A stretch of DNA of 35,936 nt from contig JAZSIR010000017.1 of NCBI GenBank assembly GCA_045533905.1, positions 1 through 35,936 of the forward strand, in the 5' to 3' direction. Source of the DNA: Clostridia bacterium (lineage in GTDB: Bacteria > Bacillota > Clostridia > UMGS1883 > UMGS1540). The notes under the pieces were generated by a model, which made no database searches, was not told where the DNA came from, and saw only the letters and a list, made by a program, of their open reading frames with translations. Of the stretch, positions 17,900 to 27,582 are shown one piece after another (position 1 is the stretch's first letter; every line of letters starts with the position of its first letter). Position numbers and translations under genes: made by a program.

Positions 17900-19780
17900 A
17901 TGGTAGGTTCCGTTTTAAGTAACCGCTATGAGCTTTTGGAAAATATCGGCGCCGGTGGTATGGCTATCGTATATAAAGCCCGATGCCGCCTCTTAAACCG
18001 TAACGTCGCAGTCAAAATTCTGCGTCCCGAATTTCAGGAGGACGAGGAGTTTCTGAAGCGCTTCACCATTGAGGCGCAGGCGGCGGCCAGCCTTACGCAT
18101 CCGAACGTGGTTTCCGTTTTTGATGTCGGTCACCACGGCAAGCTCAGCTATATTGTTATGGAATGTATTGAGGGCATTACGCTCAAAGAATATCTGCAGA
18201 GAAAGGGCGCGCTGTCCGTAAATGAAGCGGTGGATTTCACCTGCCAGATTGCGTCTGCTCTTGAGCACGCCCACGCGAAGGGCATTATTCACCGCGATAT
18301 AAAGCCACACAATATCATTATTACAAATGAGGGCATCCTGAAGGTGACGGATTTTGGTCTCGCGCACGCAGTCAGCGAGTCCACCACCGTTGCGGGAAGC
18401 ACCGCGATAGGCTCCGTGCATTACGCCTCGCCCGAACAGGCAAGGGGTGGCTTTACCGACCAGAGAAGTGACATTTATTCCCTCGGCGTTGTAATGTATG
18501 AAATGTTCACGGGAAAACTCCCCTTTGACGGGGAAACCCCCGTGGCGGTTGCCATGAAGCATTTAGAGGAAGCACCCATGCCGCCTTCTCTTGAAAATTC
18601 GCAGATTCCGCCCGAGGTGGAGGCAGTAATCCTGAAGGCAATGGCAAAGGACCAAAACGAACGGTATGCATCCTCGGCAGCACTTTTAGCGGATTTGCAA
18701 ACGGTACTCGGCACCTCTGCGGCGGCCGTACATACCGACAAATTTTCCACCAGAAAACTGCCGGAAACGCAAAAGGAGTCTTTGGAGGAAAAAGGGAAAA
18801 AACCGCCAAAGGATAAGAATAAGAATCCGAAGAAGGAAGACACAGTTGCGATTGCGGCGGCCATCCTTACCGCGGTGGTGCTTATCGGCATTATGGGCTT
18901 CTTCCTTCTGCGTTTTATCTTCCCCTCTGATAAACGGGGTGGGGAAATCCAGATGCCGTCCCTTCTCAATATGTCTCTTACGGAAGCAAAGGAGCGGTAT
19001 AAGGATATTGTGATAGAAGAAGCAGGCGCCAATTTCAGCAGCACCATCCCGGAAGGCTTCATTATGGAGCAAGATAAGGGAGAGGGCACGGTGATCCGTG
19101 CGGGCGAAACCGTTATGGTAACGGTCAGCCGCGGTGCGCAGAAGATAGAGCTTGCCAACTATAAAGGCGAGGACTACCGGAAGGTAGAACGTGAGCTTCG
19201 TGAAATGGGCCTTGTCCCGCAGATTTCCGAAGAACATTCCGATACGGTGGATATGGGCGATGTAATTCGCACGAATCCCGATGCAGGCTATGCGCTCCGC
19301 ACGGGCGACACAGTTATCTTGCACGTCAGCCGCGGCAAGAGTGAGGTCGAGGTGGCAGTGCCGAGACTTCTGGGCCTTTCGGAAGAGGAGGCTCGCCGCG
19401 CGATCCACGCCAATGACCTGACGCTCGGCAGCGTAAAAGAAGAGTCGAGCACCAAGGCGAAAGGCACGGTTATAAGACAGTCCGCGGCCGAAGGTCTGAT
19501 GATTTCCTCCGGCACGGCAATTGATATTGTCGTTTCGGCCGGCACAGACGAGAGCGGCACGCGCACAGGCACCTACACGCTCCGTATGGAGCTTCCGCAG
19601 GACAAGGAAAGCGCATCCGTCCGCGTGGTGCAAGGCGCGAAAACCATTTTTGAAGGCAGATTTGAAACGGCACTTTCGCCCATCACCATCCATCTCAGAG
19701 GCGAAGTAGGCACAAGCGCCGTAAGCATTTATCTTGATAACGTCATTTACAAGGAAAATGTCCCTGTAACCTTTGAGTAA
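17900..19780 (+). CDS. prkC: PASTA-domain Ser/Thr kinase (PrkC/PknB)
   Basis: GAGGMA.VY, HRDIKPHN, DFG and YASPEQARG, then a TM helix, three PASTA-like repeats and a C-terminal beta domain. Confidence 0.95.
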   Translation: MVGSVLSNRYELLENIGAGGMAIVYKARCRLLNRNVAVKILRPEFQEDEEFLKRFTIEAQAAASLTHPNVVSVFDVGHHGKLSYIVMECIEGITLKEYLQRKGALSVNEAVDFTCQIASALEHAHAKGIIHRDIKPHNIIITNEGILKVTDFGLAHAVSESTTVAGSTAIGSVHYASPEQARGGFTDQRSDIYSLGVVMYEMFTGKLPFDGETPVAVAMKHLEEAPMPPSLENSQIPPEVEAVILKAMAKDQNERYASSAALLADLQTVLGTSAAAVHTDKFSTRKLPETQKESLEEKGKKPPKDKNKNPKKEDTVAIAAAILTAVVLIGIMGFFLLRFIFPSDKRGGEIQMPSLLNMSLTEAKERYKDIVIEEAGANFSSTIPEGFIMEQDKGEGTVIRAGETVMVTVSRGAQKIELANYKGEDYRKVERELREMGLVPQISEEHSDTVDMGDVIRTNPDAGYALRTGDTVILHVSRGKSEVEVAVPRLLGLSEEEARRAIHANDLTLGSVKEESSTKAKGTVIRQSAAEGLMISSGTAIDIVVSAGTDESGTRTGTYTLRMELPQDKESASVRVVQGAKTIFEGRFETALSPITIHLRGEVGTSAVSIYLDNVIYKENVPVTFE

Positions 19781-19800
19781 GCGGAAGGGAGAGATTCGGT

Positions 19801-20688
19801 ACGCAAGGGATTATCACAAAAGGAATCGGCGGTTTTTATTATGTTCGCACGGAGGACGGTTCTTTATATGAAACACGTGCCTGTGGGCGTTTTCGGCGCG
19901 AGAATATTCTGCCGCGCGTGGGTGACAGGGTAAAACTTTCGGAAGCCGCGGACTATGTGACGGAAATTCTGCCGCGGAAAAGCGAAATGATTCGCCCGCC
20001 CGTTGCCAATATTGATAAAATTCTGGTGGTTGCCTCCCTCGTTTCGCCCGAGGTAGATACGATTATGATTGACGCGTTTCTGCTCTCGGCCGAAGAGCGC
20101 GGCATTCCGACAATTCTCTGCATTAATAAAAGCGACCTCGTACAAGAGGAAGAAATAGAAGCCTTCCGGGCAATTTACGAAAAAGCAGGGTATACGGTCG
20201 TTGTGACAAGTGCCGCAAAGGAAGAAGGCATCGCCGCGCTTCGCCCGCACTTGAAGGACAGCGTAACGGCACTGGCCGGCAATTCCGGCGTCGGTAAATC
20301 AAGCCTCCTAAACGCCATTATTGAAGAATTTACCGCGGAAACGGGCAAGGTTAGTGAAAGACTCTTGCGCGGCAAGCATACGACAAGACACGTCGAGCTT
20401 TTCCCGCTTTCCTTTGGTGGCTTTATTCTCGACACGCCCGGCTTTTCCCGCGTGGAGCTTCCCGGCATCACGGCGGATGGGCTTGCCGCCCTCTATCCCG
20501 AAATTGCGGCCGTGGAGACGCCGTGCAAATTTGTGGGATGTATGCATAATAAGGAACCGGGTTGCGCCGTGAAAGAAGCGGTCGCAAGCGGAAAAATTCA
20601 TCAGAAGCGATACGAAAGCTATTTGTATTTTTATGAAAAGCTTCGCGAAAATAAATTCTGGAAGATAGGAAAGGAAGAAGAAAAATGA
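19801..20688 (+). CDS. rsgA: Ribosome small subunit-dependent GTPase RsgA/CpgA; apparent non-canonical ACG start
   Basis: RPPVANID, NKSD, GNSGVGKSS, GKHTT, DTPG and the CKF..C.H..EPGC Zn finger. The conserved N-terminus xQGIITKGIGGFYYV lies in frame 39 codons upstream of the GTG at 19918. The gene call is firm; the start position is inferred. Confidence 0.93.
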   Translation, partial: TQGIITKGIGGFYYVRTEDGSLYETRACGRFRRENILPRVGDRVKLSEAADYVTEILPRKSEMIRPPVANIDKILVVASLVSPEVDTIMIDAFLLSAEERGIPTILCINKSDLVQEEEIEAFRAIYEKAGYTVVVTSAAKEEGIAALRPHLKDSVTALAGNSGVGKSSLLNAIIEEFTAETGKVSERLLRGKHTTRHVELFPLSFGGFILDTPGFSRVELPGITADGLAALYPEIAAVETPCKFVGCMHNKEPGCAVKEAVASGKIHQKRYESYLYFYEKLRENKFWKIGKEEEK

Positions 20689-21332
20689 TTAAGATTTCCC
20701 CGTCAATTTTAGCCGCCGACTTCGGCGCACTGCGTGAGCAGACAGAACTCGTAGAACGCGCAGGTGCAGATTACCTGCACGTAGATGTTATGGACGGCCA
20801 TTTCGTCCCGAACCTTTCGTTCGGCGCAGGCATCGTGTCCACACTTCGTAAATGCACAAACCTCGTAATGGATGTGCATCTTATGATTGAAAACCCCGAG
20901 CTGTACATTGCCGATTTCCATAAGGCAGGGGCCGATATCATCACCGTGCATGTGGAAGCCACCCGCCATATCCACAGAGCACTCCAGCAGATTCGCGCGC
21001 TCGGCATAAAGGCAGGCCTTGCAATTAACCCCGGCACACCCGCCTCGGCTATCCGTGAAGTTATGCACCTTGCCGATATGATACTCGTTATGAGCGTAAA
21101 CCCCGGCTTTACGGCACAGAAGTTTTTACCGGAAGTGCTTCCGAAAGTGCGCGAAATCCGCGCTATGGCACCCGATAAGGATATTCAGATTGACGGCGGC
21201 ATCGGCCACCAGAATATTCACGAGGTTACGGAAGCCGGCGCAAACGTAATCGTAGCCGGCGCGGCTGTTTACTATGCAGAAGATCCGGCCGAAGCTATCC
21301 GTAAACTGCGCGAGCTTTCCTATAAGGGCTGA
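20685..21332 (+). CDS. rpe: Ribulose-phosphate 3-epimerase
   Basis: ISPSILAADF, HVDVMDGHFVPN, DVHLMI, MSVNPGF and IDGG. Confidence 0.97.
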   Translation: MIKISPSILAADFGALREQTELVERAGADYLHVDVMDGHFVPNLSFGAGIVSTLRKCTNLVMDVHLMIENPELYIADFHKAGADIITVHVEATRHIHRALQQIRALGIKAGLAINPGTPASAIREVMHLADMILVMSVNPGFTAQKFLPEVLPKVREIRAMAPDKDIQIDGGIGHQNIHEVTEAGANVIVAGAAVYYAEDPAEAIRKLRELSYKG

Positions 21333-21979
21333 TGCACACGGCGGAAAAAAAGCGCGCGGTCATATTTGCCGGCGCACCGGGAGGAGACTATTCATTTTTT
21401 GCACCTTCCGAAGGCGACTATGTCATCTGTGCGGACCGCGGCTATACATACGCCCGAAAACTCGGCATTGTGCCCGACTTTTTGCTCGGGGACTTTGACA
21501 GCATAGAGGAGCCGCTTCCGGAAGGGATTCCGCGGGAAACCTTCCCAGCCGAAAAAGACGAAACGGACCTGCAGCTTGCCATCTCGCACGCGCTTTCGAA
21601 AGGATATCGCGAGATGTATGTGCTCGGCGCAATCGGCGGCAGGGTGGACCATTTCCTCGGAAACATCGGCCTTATAAAATGGGCGAAGGACCGTGGAGGC
21701 ATACTTTCCATGGAAGATGCGGATACCTATATTTGCCCCGTATTTAGCGAAGCGGTATTTAAAAAGCACCCCAATCGGTATTTTTCCGTCTTGCCCTTCT
21801 ATGGGGATGCAGTCGTGTCCGTCTCGGGCACAAAATACACCGCCACACGCGCAAAAATCGCCGCAGGCGACACTTTGGGCATCAGTAATGAAATTACAGA
21901 AGATGCCGCACACGTGCGCGTACACGAAGGAAGCGCGCTTGTGCTTTTGTGCAAGGCAGATAAGGTGTTGGAAAAATAA
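21332..21979 (+). CDS. thiN: Thiamine diphosphokinase
   Basis: CADRG, GDFDS, EKDETD, GGRVDH and LGISNE. Confidence 0.95.
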   Translation: MHTAEKKRAVIFAGAPGGDYSFFAPSEGDYVICADRGYTYARKLGIVPDFLLGDFDSIEEPLPEGIPRETFPAEKDETDLQLAISHALSKGYREMYVLGAIGGRVDHFLGNIGLIKWAKDRGGILSMEDADTYICPVFSEAVFKKHPNRYFSVLPFYGDAVVSVSGTKYTATRAKIAAGDTLGISNEITEDAAHVRVHEGSALVLLCKADKVLEK

Positions 21980-22008
21980 AAAAGCACAGAAACCTGTGCT
22001 GAAAATAG

Positions 22009-22042
22009 AAAAGGAGTAGCAATCGCAATTGCTACTCCTTTT
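22009..22042. terminator. Bidirectional intrinsic terminator between thiN and argH
   Basis: AAAAGGAGTAGCAAT-CGCA-ATTGCTACTCCTTTT. A smaller hairpin AGCACAG-AAAC-CTGTGCT lies at 21983-22000. Confidence 0.88.
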
Positions 22043-22045
22043 TGC

Positions 22046-23428
22046 TTATAAAGAAAAGTTTTCTGTAAAAGATTCGCACTTTTCGATGGACGAGAGTACC
22101 GCAATCTCTGCAGGTCCGCCCGGGATGGCGCGTTCGTTTACGCAGGTGGCAAGGCTTATCGCTTCGTAAACATCTTCCTCAAAAATCGGCGAGAACGATT
22201 TGAACTCGTCAAGAGAAAGTGCATCAAGCGCGCAAGATTTACTGATGCAGTAAAATACAAGCTTTCCGATAACTTCGTGTGCCTCGCGGAAGGGAAGCCC
22301 CTTCTTTACAAGATAATCCGCGGCATCTGTGGCATTTGTAAAGCCGCCGCCCGCGCCACGATACATCACATCCTCGCGAACGCGCATGGTGCGCACCATG
22401 TTCGTAAATACGGGGAGGCATAAAAGCACGGTATCCACAGCGTCAAAAATCTGCTCCTTATCCTCTTGCATATCCTTATTATAGGCAAGAGGAAGACCCT
22501 TCATCATAGTGAGAAGACCCATAAGGTCACCAAACACGCGTCCACTTTTGCCGCGGATAAGCTCCGCAACATCCGGGTTTTTCTTCTGCGGCATAATGCT
22601 GCTGCCCGTAGAGTAGGCATCATCCATCTCCACAAAGGAAAACTCGTGGCTGCTCCAGAGAATCAGCTCTTCCGAGAAACGGCTTAAATGCACCATAAGG
22701 ATGGAAAGGTCGGCGGCAAGCTCGAGAACAAAGTCGCGGTCACTTACGCCGTCGAGAGAATTTTCCGTGATGGCCGAAAAGCCAAGCTGACGCTGTACAA
22801 ATTCGCGGTCGAGAGGATAGGTGGTACCGGCAAGCGCGCCCGAGCCGAGCGGCATTACCGATGTGCGCCTATACGTATCCCCAATGCGGTCTAAATCGCG
22901 CATAAACATCTGGGCATATGCCATAATGTGGTGCGCAAACGTAATCGGCTGCGCCTTTTGCAGATGCGTATACCCCGGCATAATGGTACCGAGATGCTTT
23001 CTTGCGAGCGTCGTAAGAACCGAAAGAAGATTTTTAAGGCACGCGGCAATTTCTTCTTCCTGATGCATGAGATACATACGGATATCAAGGGCAACCTGGT
23101 CATTACGGCTACGCCCCGTGTGGAGACGTTTGCCTGCCGTGCCGATACGATCGGTAAGAAGCTTTTCGACATTCATATGAATATCTTCGGCATCGACTAA
23201 AAATTCCACCTTGCCGTCTTCAATATCTTTCAGGATTTCCGAAAGCGCTGTGACAATCTCTTCCGCTTCCAGAGGGTCTATAATATTTTGCTTGCCAAGC
23301 ATTTTGGCATGCGCTATACTGCCGCAGATATCTTCGCGATACATGCGGGCATCAAAGCGGATGGACGAATTGAAATCGTCCACCGCCTTATCTGTTTCTT
23401 TTTGGAATCTACCGCCCCAAAGCTTCAA
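22046..23428 (-). CDS. argH: Argininosuccinate lyase
   Basis: [17 protein letters not shown] and [15 protein letters not shown] start. Confidence 0.97.
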   Translation of the reverse strand: MKLWGGRFQKETDKAVDDFNSSIRFDARMYREDICGSIAHAKMLGKQNIIDPLEAEEIVTALSEILKDIEDGKVEFLVDAEDIHMNVEKLLTDRIGTAGKRLHTGRSRNDQVALDIRMYLMHQEEEIAACLKNLLSVLTTLARKHLGTIMPGYTHLQKAQPITFAHHIMAYAQMFMRDLDRIGDTYRRTSVMPLGSGALAGTTYPLDREFVQRQLGFSAITENSLDGVSDRDFVLELAADLSILMVHLSRFSEELILWSSHEFSFVEMDDAYSTGSSIMPQKKNPDVAELIRGKSGRVFGDLMGLLTMMKGLPLAYNKDMQEDKEQIFDAVDTVLLCLPVFTNMVRTMRVREDVMYRGAGGGFTNATDAADYLVKKGLPFREAHEVIGKLVFYCISKSCALDALSLDEFKSFSPIFEEDVYEAISLATCVNERAIPGGPAEIAVLSSIEKCESFTENFSL

Positions 23429-23431
23429 TGT

Positions 23432-24640
23432 TTATTCCCCCAATTTTTCCTGCATCAGCGCACGCACCTTCAGCGGCAGACCGAAGAGGTTAATGAAGCC
23501 TTCTGCATCCTTGTGGCTGTAAAGCTCGCGGCTGTCGCCAAAGCTTGCAATATCTTCGTTGTAGAGGGAGTACGGGCTCTTAGCGCCTGCGGCAGAAACG
23601 CTGCCTTTGTAGAGCTTCAAACGTACTGTACCTGTAACCGTTTCTTCCATGGAGTCTACCATCTTCGAGAGTGCTTCGCGAAGCGGTGTGAACCATTTGC
23701 CGTCATACACAAGTTCGGAGAACTTAACAGCAGCCTGACGCTTGAAGGCCTGGGTGTCGCGGTCGAGGCACAGGTATTCGAGTTCCTGCAGAGCCGCGTA
23801 CAAAATGGTGCCGCCCGGTGTTTCGTATACACCGCGGGACTTCATGCCCACGAGACGGTCTTCTACGATGTCGGTAATACCGATGCCGTATGCGCCGCCG
23901 ATTTCGTTGAGCTTTTCTACAAGTGCAACGGGCGAGAGTGCTTCGCCGTCCAGCTTTACCGGAACACCCTTTTCAAAGTCAAGTGTAATGTATTTTGCTT
24001 CGTCCGGTGTCTTCTCGGGCGGAACGGTCAGCTTTAAGAGAGAATCGAGCTGCGGTTCGTTTGCAGGATCTTCAAGGTCCATACCTTCGTGGCTGATGTG
24101 CCAGATGTTTCTGTCACGGGAGTAGAGATCCTTCTTCGTTACCGGAATCGGAATGTTATGTGCTTCTGCATAGTCTACAGCGTCTTCACGGGACTTAATA
24201 TCCCAAACACGCCAGGGAGCAATAATTTTAAGCTCCGGTGCAAGTGCTTTAATGGTAAGCTCGAAACGAACCTGGTCGTTACCCTTACCGGTAGCACCGT
24301 GGCAAATGGCGGTTGCGCCTTCCTTTTTTGCAATTTCTACAAGACGCTTTGCGATAATCGGACGGGCGTGCGAAGTGCCGAGGAGGTATTTACCTTCATA
24401 GACAGCACCGGCTTTTACGGTGGGGAAGATAAAGTCCTTTACATATTCTTCGCGAAGGTCTTCAAGGTAGAGCTTGGAAGCGCCGCTTTTGAGTGCGCGT
24501 TCTTCAAGACCTTCTGTTTCTTTGCCCTGTCCAACATCACCGCAAACGGCGATAACTTCACAGTCATAGTGTTCGTGCAGCCATGCGATGATAATCGAGG
24601 TATCAAGACCGCCCGAGTAAGCAAGTACGATTTTTTCCAT
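23432..24640 (-). CDS. argG: Argininosuccinate synthase
   Basis: [23 protein letters not shown] and [11 protein letters not shown]. Confidence 0.98.
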   Translation of the reverse strand: MEKIVLAYSGGLDTSIIIAWLHEHYDCEVIAVCGDVGQGKETEGLEERALKSGASKLYLEDLREEYVKDFIFPTVKAGAVYEGKYLLGTSHARPIIAKRLVEIAKKEGATAICHGATGKGNDQVRFELTIKALAPELKIIAPWRVWDIKSREDAVDYAEAHNIPIPVTKKDLYSRDRNIWHISHEGMDLEDPANEPQLDSLLKLTVPPEKTPDEAKYITLDFEKGVPVKLDGEALSPVALVEKLNEIGGAYGIGITDIVEDRLVGMKSRGVYETPGGTILYAALQELEYLCLDRDTQAFKRQAAVKFSELVYDGKWFTPLREALSKMVDSMEETVTGTVRLKLYKGSVSAAGAKSPYSLYNEDIASFGDSRELYSHKDAEGFINLFGLPLKVRALMQEKLGE

Positions 24641-24674
24641 CTTGGAACATCCCTTTCTGTGTTTCTTTTTTTAC

Positions 24675-24703
24675 AGTATACCACATAATAAATAATTATG
24701 CAA
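24675..24703 (-). promoter_or_regulatory. Proximal sigma-A promoter of argGH
   Basis: TTGCAT-17 bp-TATACT with a TG extension. Confidence 0.8.
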
Positions 24704-24745
24704 TAGTTTTTGTAAATTTATGCAAAATATTTTCATTTTTCTGCA
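24689..24745. promoter_or_regulatory. Three phased ArgR/AhrC (ARG) boxes
   Basis: TAAAT-AATT-ATGCA (24689), TGTAA-ATTT-ATGCA (24711) and TTCAT-TTTT-CTGCA (24732), at 22- and 21-bp periodicity. The first overlaps the -35 element. Confidence 0.7.
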
Positions 24746-24845
24746 TAAAACAGGCACGGGTTTTCAGGAAATACCGATTTATGCACTTTTCCACATGTAT
24801 TTCTTCTGCATAAAAGAGGGTATTTTGTGAAAATAACCGTATAAA

Positions 24846-24874
24846 AGTATATATGAAAGCAGAGAAAAAGTCAA
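24846..24874 (-). promoter_or_regulatory. Distal sigma-A promoter upstream of argG
   Basis: TTGACT-17 bp-TATACT, 171 bp upstream of the proximal promoter. Confidence 0.65.
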
Positions 24875-24886
24875 GGCTTTATGCAT

Positions 24887-24922
24887 AAAAAGGGATGTAA
24901 AACCGGTTTTACATCCCTTTTT
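24887..24922. terminator. Intrinsic terminator of the oxidoreductase operon (perfect 36-bp palindrome)
   Basis: AAAAAGGGATGTAAAA-CCGG-TTTTACATCCCTTTTT, 12 bp past the flavoprotein stop. Confidence 0.85.
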
Positions 24923-24934
24923 TCTTGTATGCAG

Positions 24935-26821
24935 TTATGCGTGCGGCGCGGCGCTTTGGCGAAACTTTCGCCACACATCCTCAAAAACTGTATTTTCCTC
25001 CGGAATGGGGCGGGGCGGCCGCGTCGTGATTTCGCACCGGTTCTCCGAGAGGCAGACTTCCTGAATGGTATCCGCATCCGCAGCATCTGCGAGAGAAAAG
25101 CGGAAACATTCCTCGAGACCTTCCGGCAAAAAGCCGTTTTTATCGGTATAGAGTGCCGAACCGCGGGAGGCGCCTGTTCCTGCATAGGCTTCCATCGCGG
25201 AGAGAACAGCGTACTGCGCCGTCAGCGTATCGCGGAGCCGGTAGATCGTAGAAAGCGCTTCCTTATGCGGCACACCAAAGGCAAAATGCGAAAGTGCAGC
25301 TTCGATTTCATTACATAGCGCCTTCATTTTTTCGGGATTTCGTATAGCACTGCCGCAGGCGCTCATATTCTTCCGCGCTTTTTCGAGAGCGATGGCGGCA
25401 TCCGGCAAAAAGCCTTTCGCATTTTCGCAAAATGCGCGGTGCCTCCTGAGCGCATCTTCTGCAATTTTCGCAAAAGCCGCATCGGGCAAAGCGCTTCTGT
25501 TTGAGGCGACAATACATGCCGCCGCGCGAAGGGCGCCAACCTGCCCGGCATTTAAGGCACTGCCGCCGGGGCGGGTGATGCCGTGGGTGCCGGCACATTC
25601 GCCCGCGGCAAAGAGGCCGGGAATAGAGGATTGCCAATCGGCATCCACCGCGATGCCGCCGTTATGATGCTGGGCACAAAGGGCAATTTCCAGCTTCTCT
25701 GCGGCAAGGTCCTTCCCGAAACTTTTGTAGAGCGTAATCGCAGGTGCATTCATTTTAGAAAGGCGGTCAATCGGTTTGCCGAAGCATGCGCCGTTCTCCT
25801 GTAGATAGCGGAATGCATCGGGGCAAAGGCGTGAAAAGTCAATTGCAGAAAGCCCGAAGGGATTTTCGGTATAGTCGAGATATACCTTTCGGTTTCGCAA
25901 AACGGTTTCTCGGTAGACGAGTATGTCGAGCAGAGAAGAACCGCCGCGGATTTTCTTCACGTCAAAGGGCCACTCGTAGCCTTTTAAGAAAATAAGGGAA
26001 AGTGCTTCATATATATCATCAAAATATTCGGCAAGAAAATCGTGCTCTGTGCCGTCTTCCTCAACAGAAACGAAGCGGGGCAAAACCTGCATATACGTGC
26101 CCGAAACATTCCAGCGCGGTGCGGTGGAGGCAAGGCCGAACTGCCATTCCGTCAAATTCTGCAGTTTGGCACCGGCCGCGGCGGCAAGTCCGAGTGCACC
26201 CCATTGCCCTTCGGGATAGACACTGTCATAAAAGATGCCCGCAGGGCCGCCGGTGGCAAGAATAATGTTCGCCGCGCGGAAAAGAACGAATTCACCGTCT
26301 GTAAGGCGCAGGCAGAGAAGACCGCAAACGCCGTTTTTATCCTGCAGGATTTCAATGGCCAGAAGCCCTTCTTTTATAGTAAGGCCAAGCCGCAAAGCTT
26401 CTTTCTCCAGAGCCTCCGTCATAAAACGTGAGGTTAAGGGGCCTGCCGAGGTTGCACGCGCAAAAGGGTCGTGGTCGGTTTTGTAGCCGACATATTCGCA
26501 AAATTCGGTATGCGGAAACGGCACGCCAAGCTCTGCAAGGCGGAAAAAGCACCGTGCGGATAGGGCGGCCTCACAAAGGGCGTTGTCCCCGTCCACACAG
26601 CCGCCCGCAAAAAGATTTTCTGCCATTTGGCGGACGCTGTCAGGGCGGCTTCCGCCAAGGCCGAGCTTATAGTAGGTCTGCTTGTCGCTTCCGGCATTGC
26701 GGGAGGTGCCCAGAAGGCGCGCTTCCGTTACAAGACATACCCGCACCTTATGCTCTGAAAGGCGGCACGCGGCACTGTAACCTGCGGCACCACTCCCGAT
26801 CACAATTACATCATATTCCAT
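24935..26821 (-). CDS. FAD-binding oxidoreductase of the succinate dehydrogenase/fumarate reductase flavoprotein superfamily; substrate unknown
   Basis: DVIVIGSGAAG, ILATGG, QHHNGGI and GLFAAGECAGTHGITRPGGSAL. The ATG at 26821 has an AGGAGA RBS; 628 aa. Confidence 0.85.
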   Translation of the reverse strand: MEYDVIVIGSGAAGYSAACRLSEHKVRVCLVTEARLLGTSRNAGSDKQTYYKLGLGGSRPDSVRQMAENLFAGGCVDGDNALCEAALSARCFFRLAELGVPFPHTEFCEYVGYKTDHDPFARATSAGPLTSRFMTEALEKEALRLGLTIKEGLLAIEILQDKNGVCGLLCLRLTDGEFVLFRAANIILATGGPAGIFYDSVYPEGQWGALGLAAAAGAKLQNLTEWQFGLASTAPRWNVSGTYMQVLPRFVSVEEDGTEHDFLAEYFDDIYEALSLIFLKGYEWPFDVKKIRGGSSLLDILVYRETVLRNRKVYLDYTENPFGLSAIDFSRLCPDAFRYLQENGACFGKPIDRLSKMNAPAITLYKSFGKDLAAEKLEIALCAQHHNGGIAVDADWQSSIPGLFAAGECAGTHGITRPGGSALNAGQVGALRAAACIVASNRSALPDAAFAKIAEDALRRHRAFCENAKGFLPDAAIALEKARKNMSACGSAIRNPEKMKALCNEIEAALSHFAFGVPHKEALSTIYRLRDTLTAQYAVLSAMEAYAGTGASRGSALYTDKNGFLPEGLEECFRFSLADAADADTIQEVCLSENRCEITTRPPRPIPEENTVFEDVWRKFRQSAAPHA

Positions 26822-26832
26822 ACGTTTCTCCT

Positions 26833-27582
26833 TTACAGTCGCTTCATATGAAAGCCGCCGTCTATATCGAGAGATTGCCCCGTCATATAGGGAAGAGCGC
26901 CGCTGATAAGGGCATACACGGCCGAAGCAACATCCTCGGGCGTTCCCCATCGCGGTATGGGGAGAAGCCCCGCATTTATACGGGCGTCATATGTATCCTT
27001 GACTTTCGCAGTCATATCCGTGGCGATAATACCGGGACGGATTTCGTTGACGGGAATGCCGCTTTCTGCGAGGCGGTCCGCAAAGAGCTTTGTAATCATA
27101 GAAACGCCGGCCTTTGAAATGCAGTATTCGCCGCGGTTTACGGAACTTGTATAGGCAGAAAGCGAGGAAATATTACAGATATAGCCGCGGATGCCGTTCT
27201 CCTCTTCATTTTTTAGAAGCGCCCGCGCCACGGACTGGGTGAGAAAAAGCGTGCCTTTTGTGTTAATATCCATCACATAGTCATAGCTTTCCTCAGTCAT
27301 TTCCAGAAGGTCTTTTCTCTCTTTCGGTGCCACGCCCGCCACATTGACAAGGCCATCGATTCTGCCAAAACGCGAAAGTGCCGCAGAAACAAGTGCGCTC
27401 CTCGCTTCTTCTTTACATAAATCACCCTGGACGTAGGCGAAATTTTCGGAATGGAAATCTTCGGGAAGCGCAGAGTACGCCGTTCGGCTCATACCGGTCA
27501 CCGCGTAGCCTTCCGTAAGAAGTTTTTTTACAACGGCCGCCCCGATTCCGCGTGCACAACCGCTGACGATAATATTCTTCAC
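26833..27582 (-). CDS. Short-chain dehydrogenase/reductase (FabG-like SDR)
   Basis: SGCARGIG, VNVAG, NISS, YCISK and IRPGIIATDM; 249 aa. The GTG start overlaps the upstream stop. Confidence 0.9.
   Translation of the reverse strand: MKNIIVSGCARGIGAAVVKKLLTEGYAVTGMSRTAYSALPEDFHSENFAYVQGDLCKEEARSALVSAALSRFGRIDGLVNVAGVAPKERKDLLEMTEESYDYVMDINTKGTLFLTQSVARALLKNEEENGIRGYICNISSLSAYTSSVNRGEYCISKAGVSMITKLFADRLAESGIPVNEIRPGIIATDMTAKVKDTYDARINAGLLPIPRWGTPEDVASAVYALISGALPYMTGQSLDIDGGFHMKRL

Noticed and set aside
24641-24934. CRISPR-like or iteron array from recurring TGCATAAAA words
   Set aside because: The repeats are at most 12 bp and irregularly spaced, with no cas or rep gene. ARG boxes explain them better.
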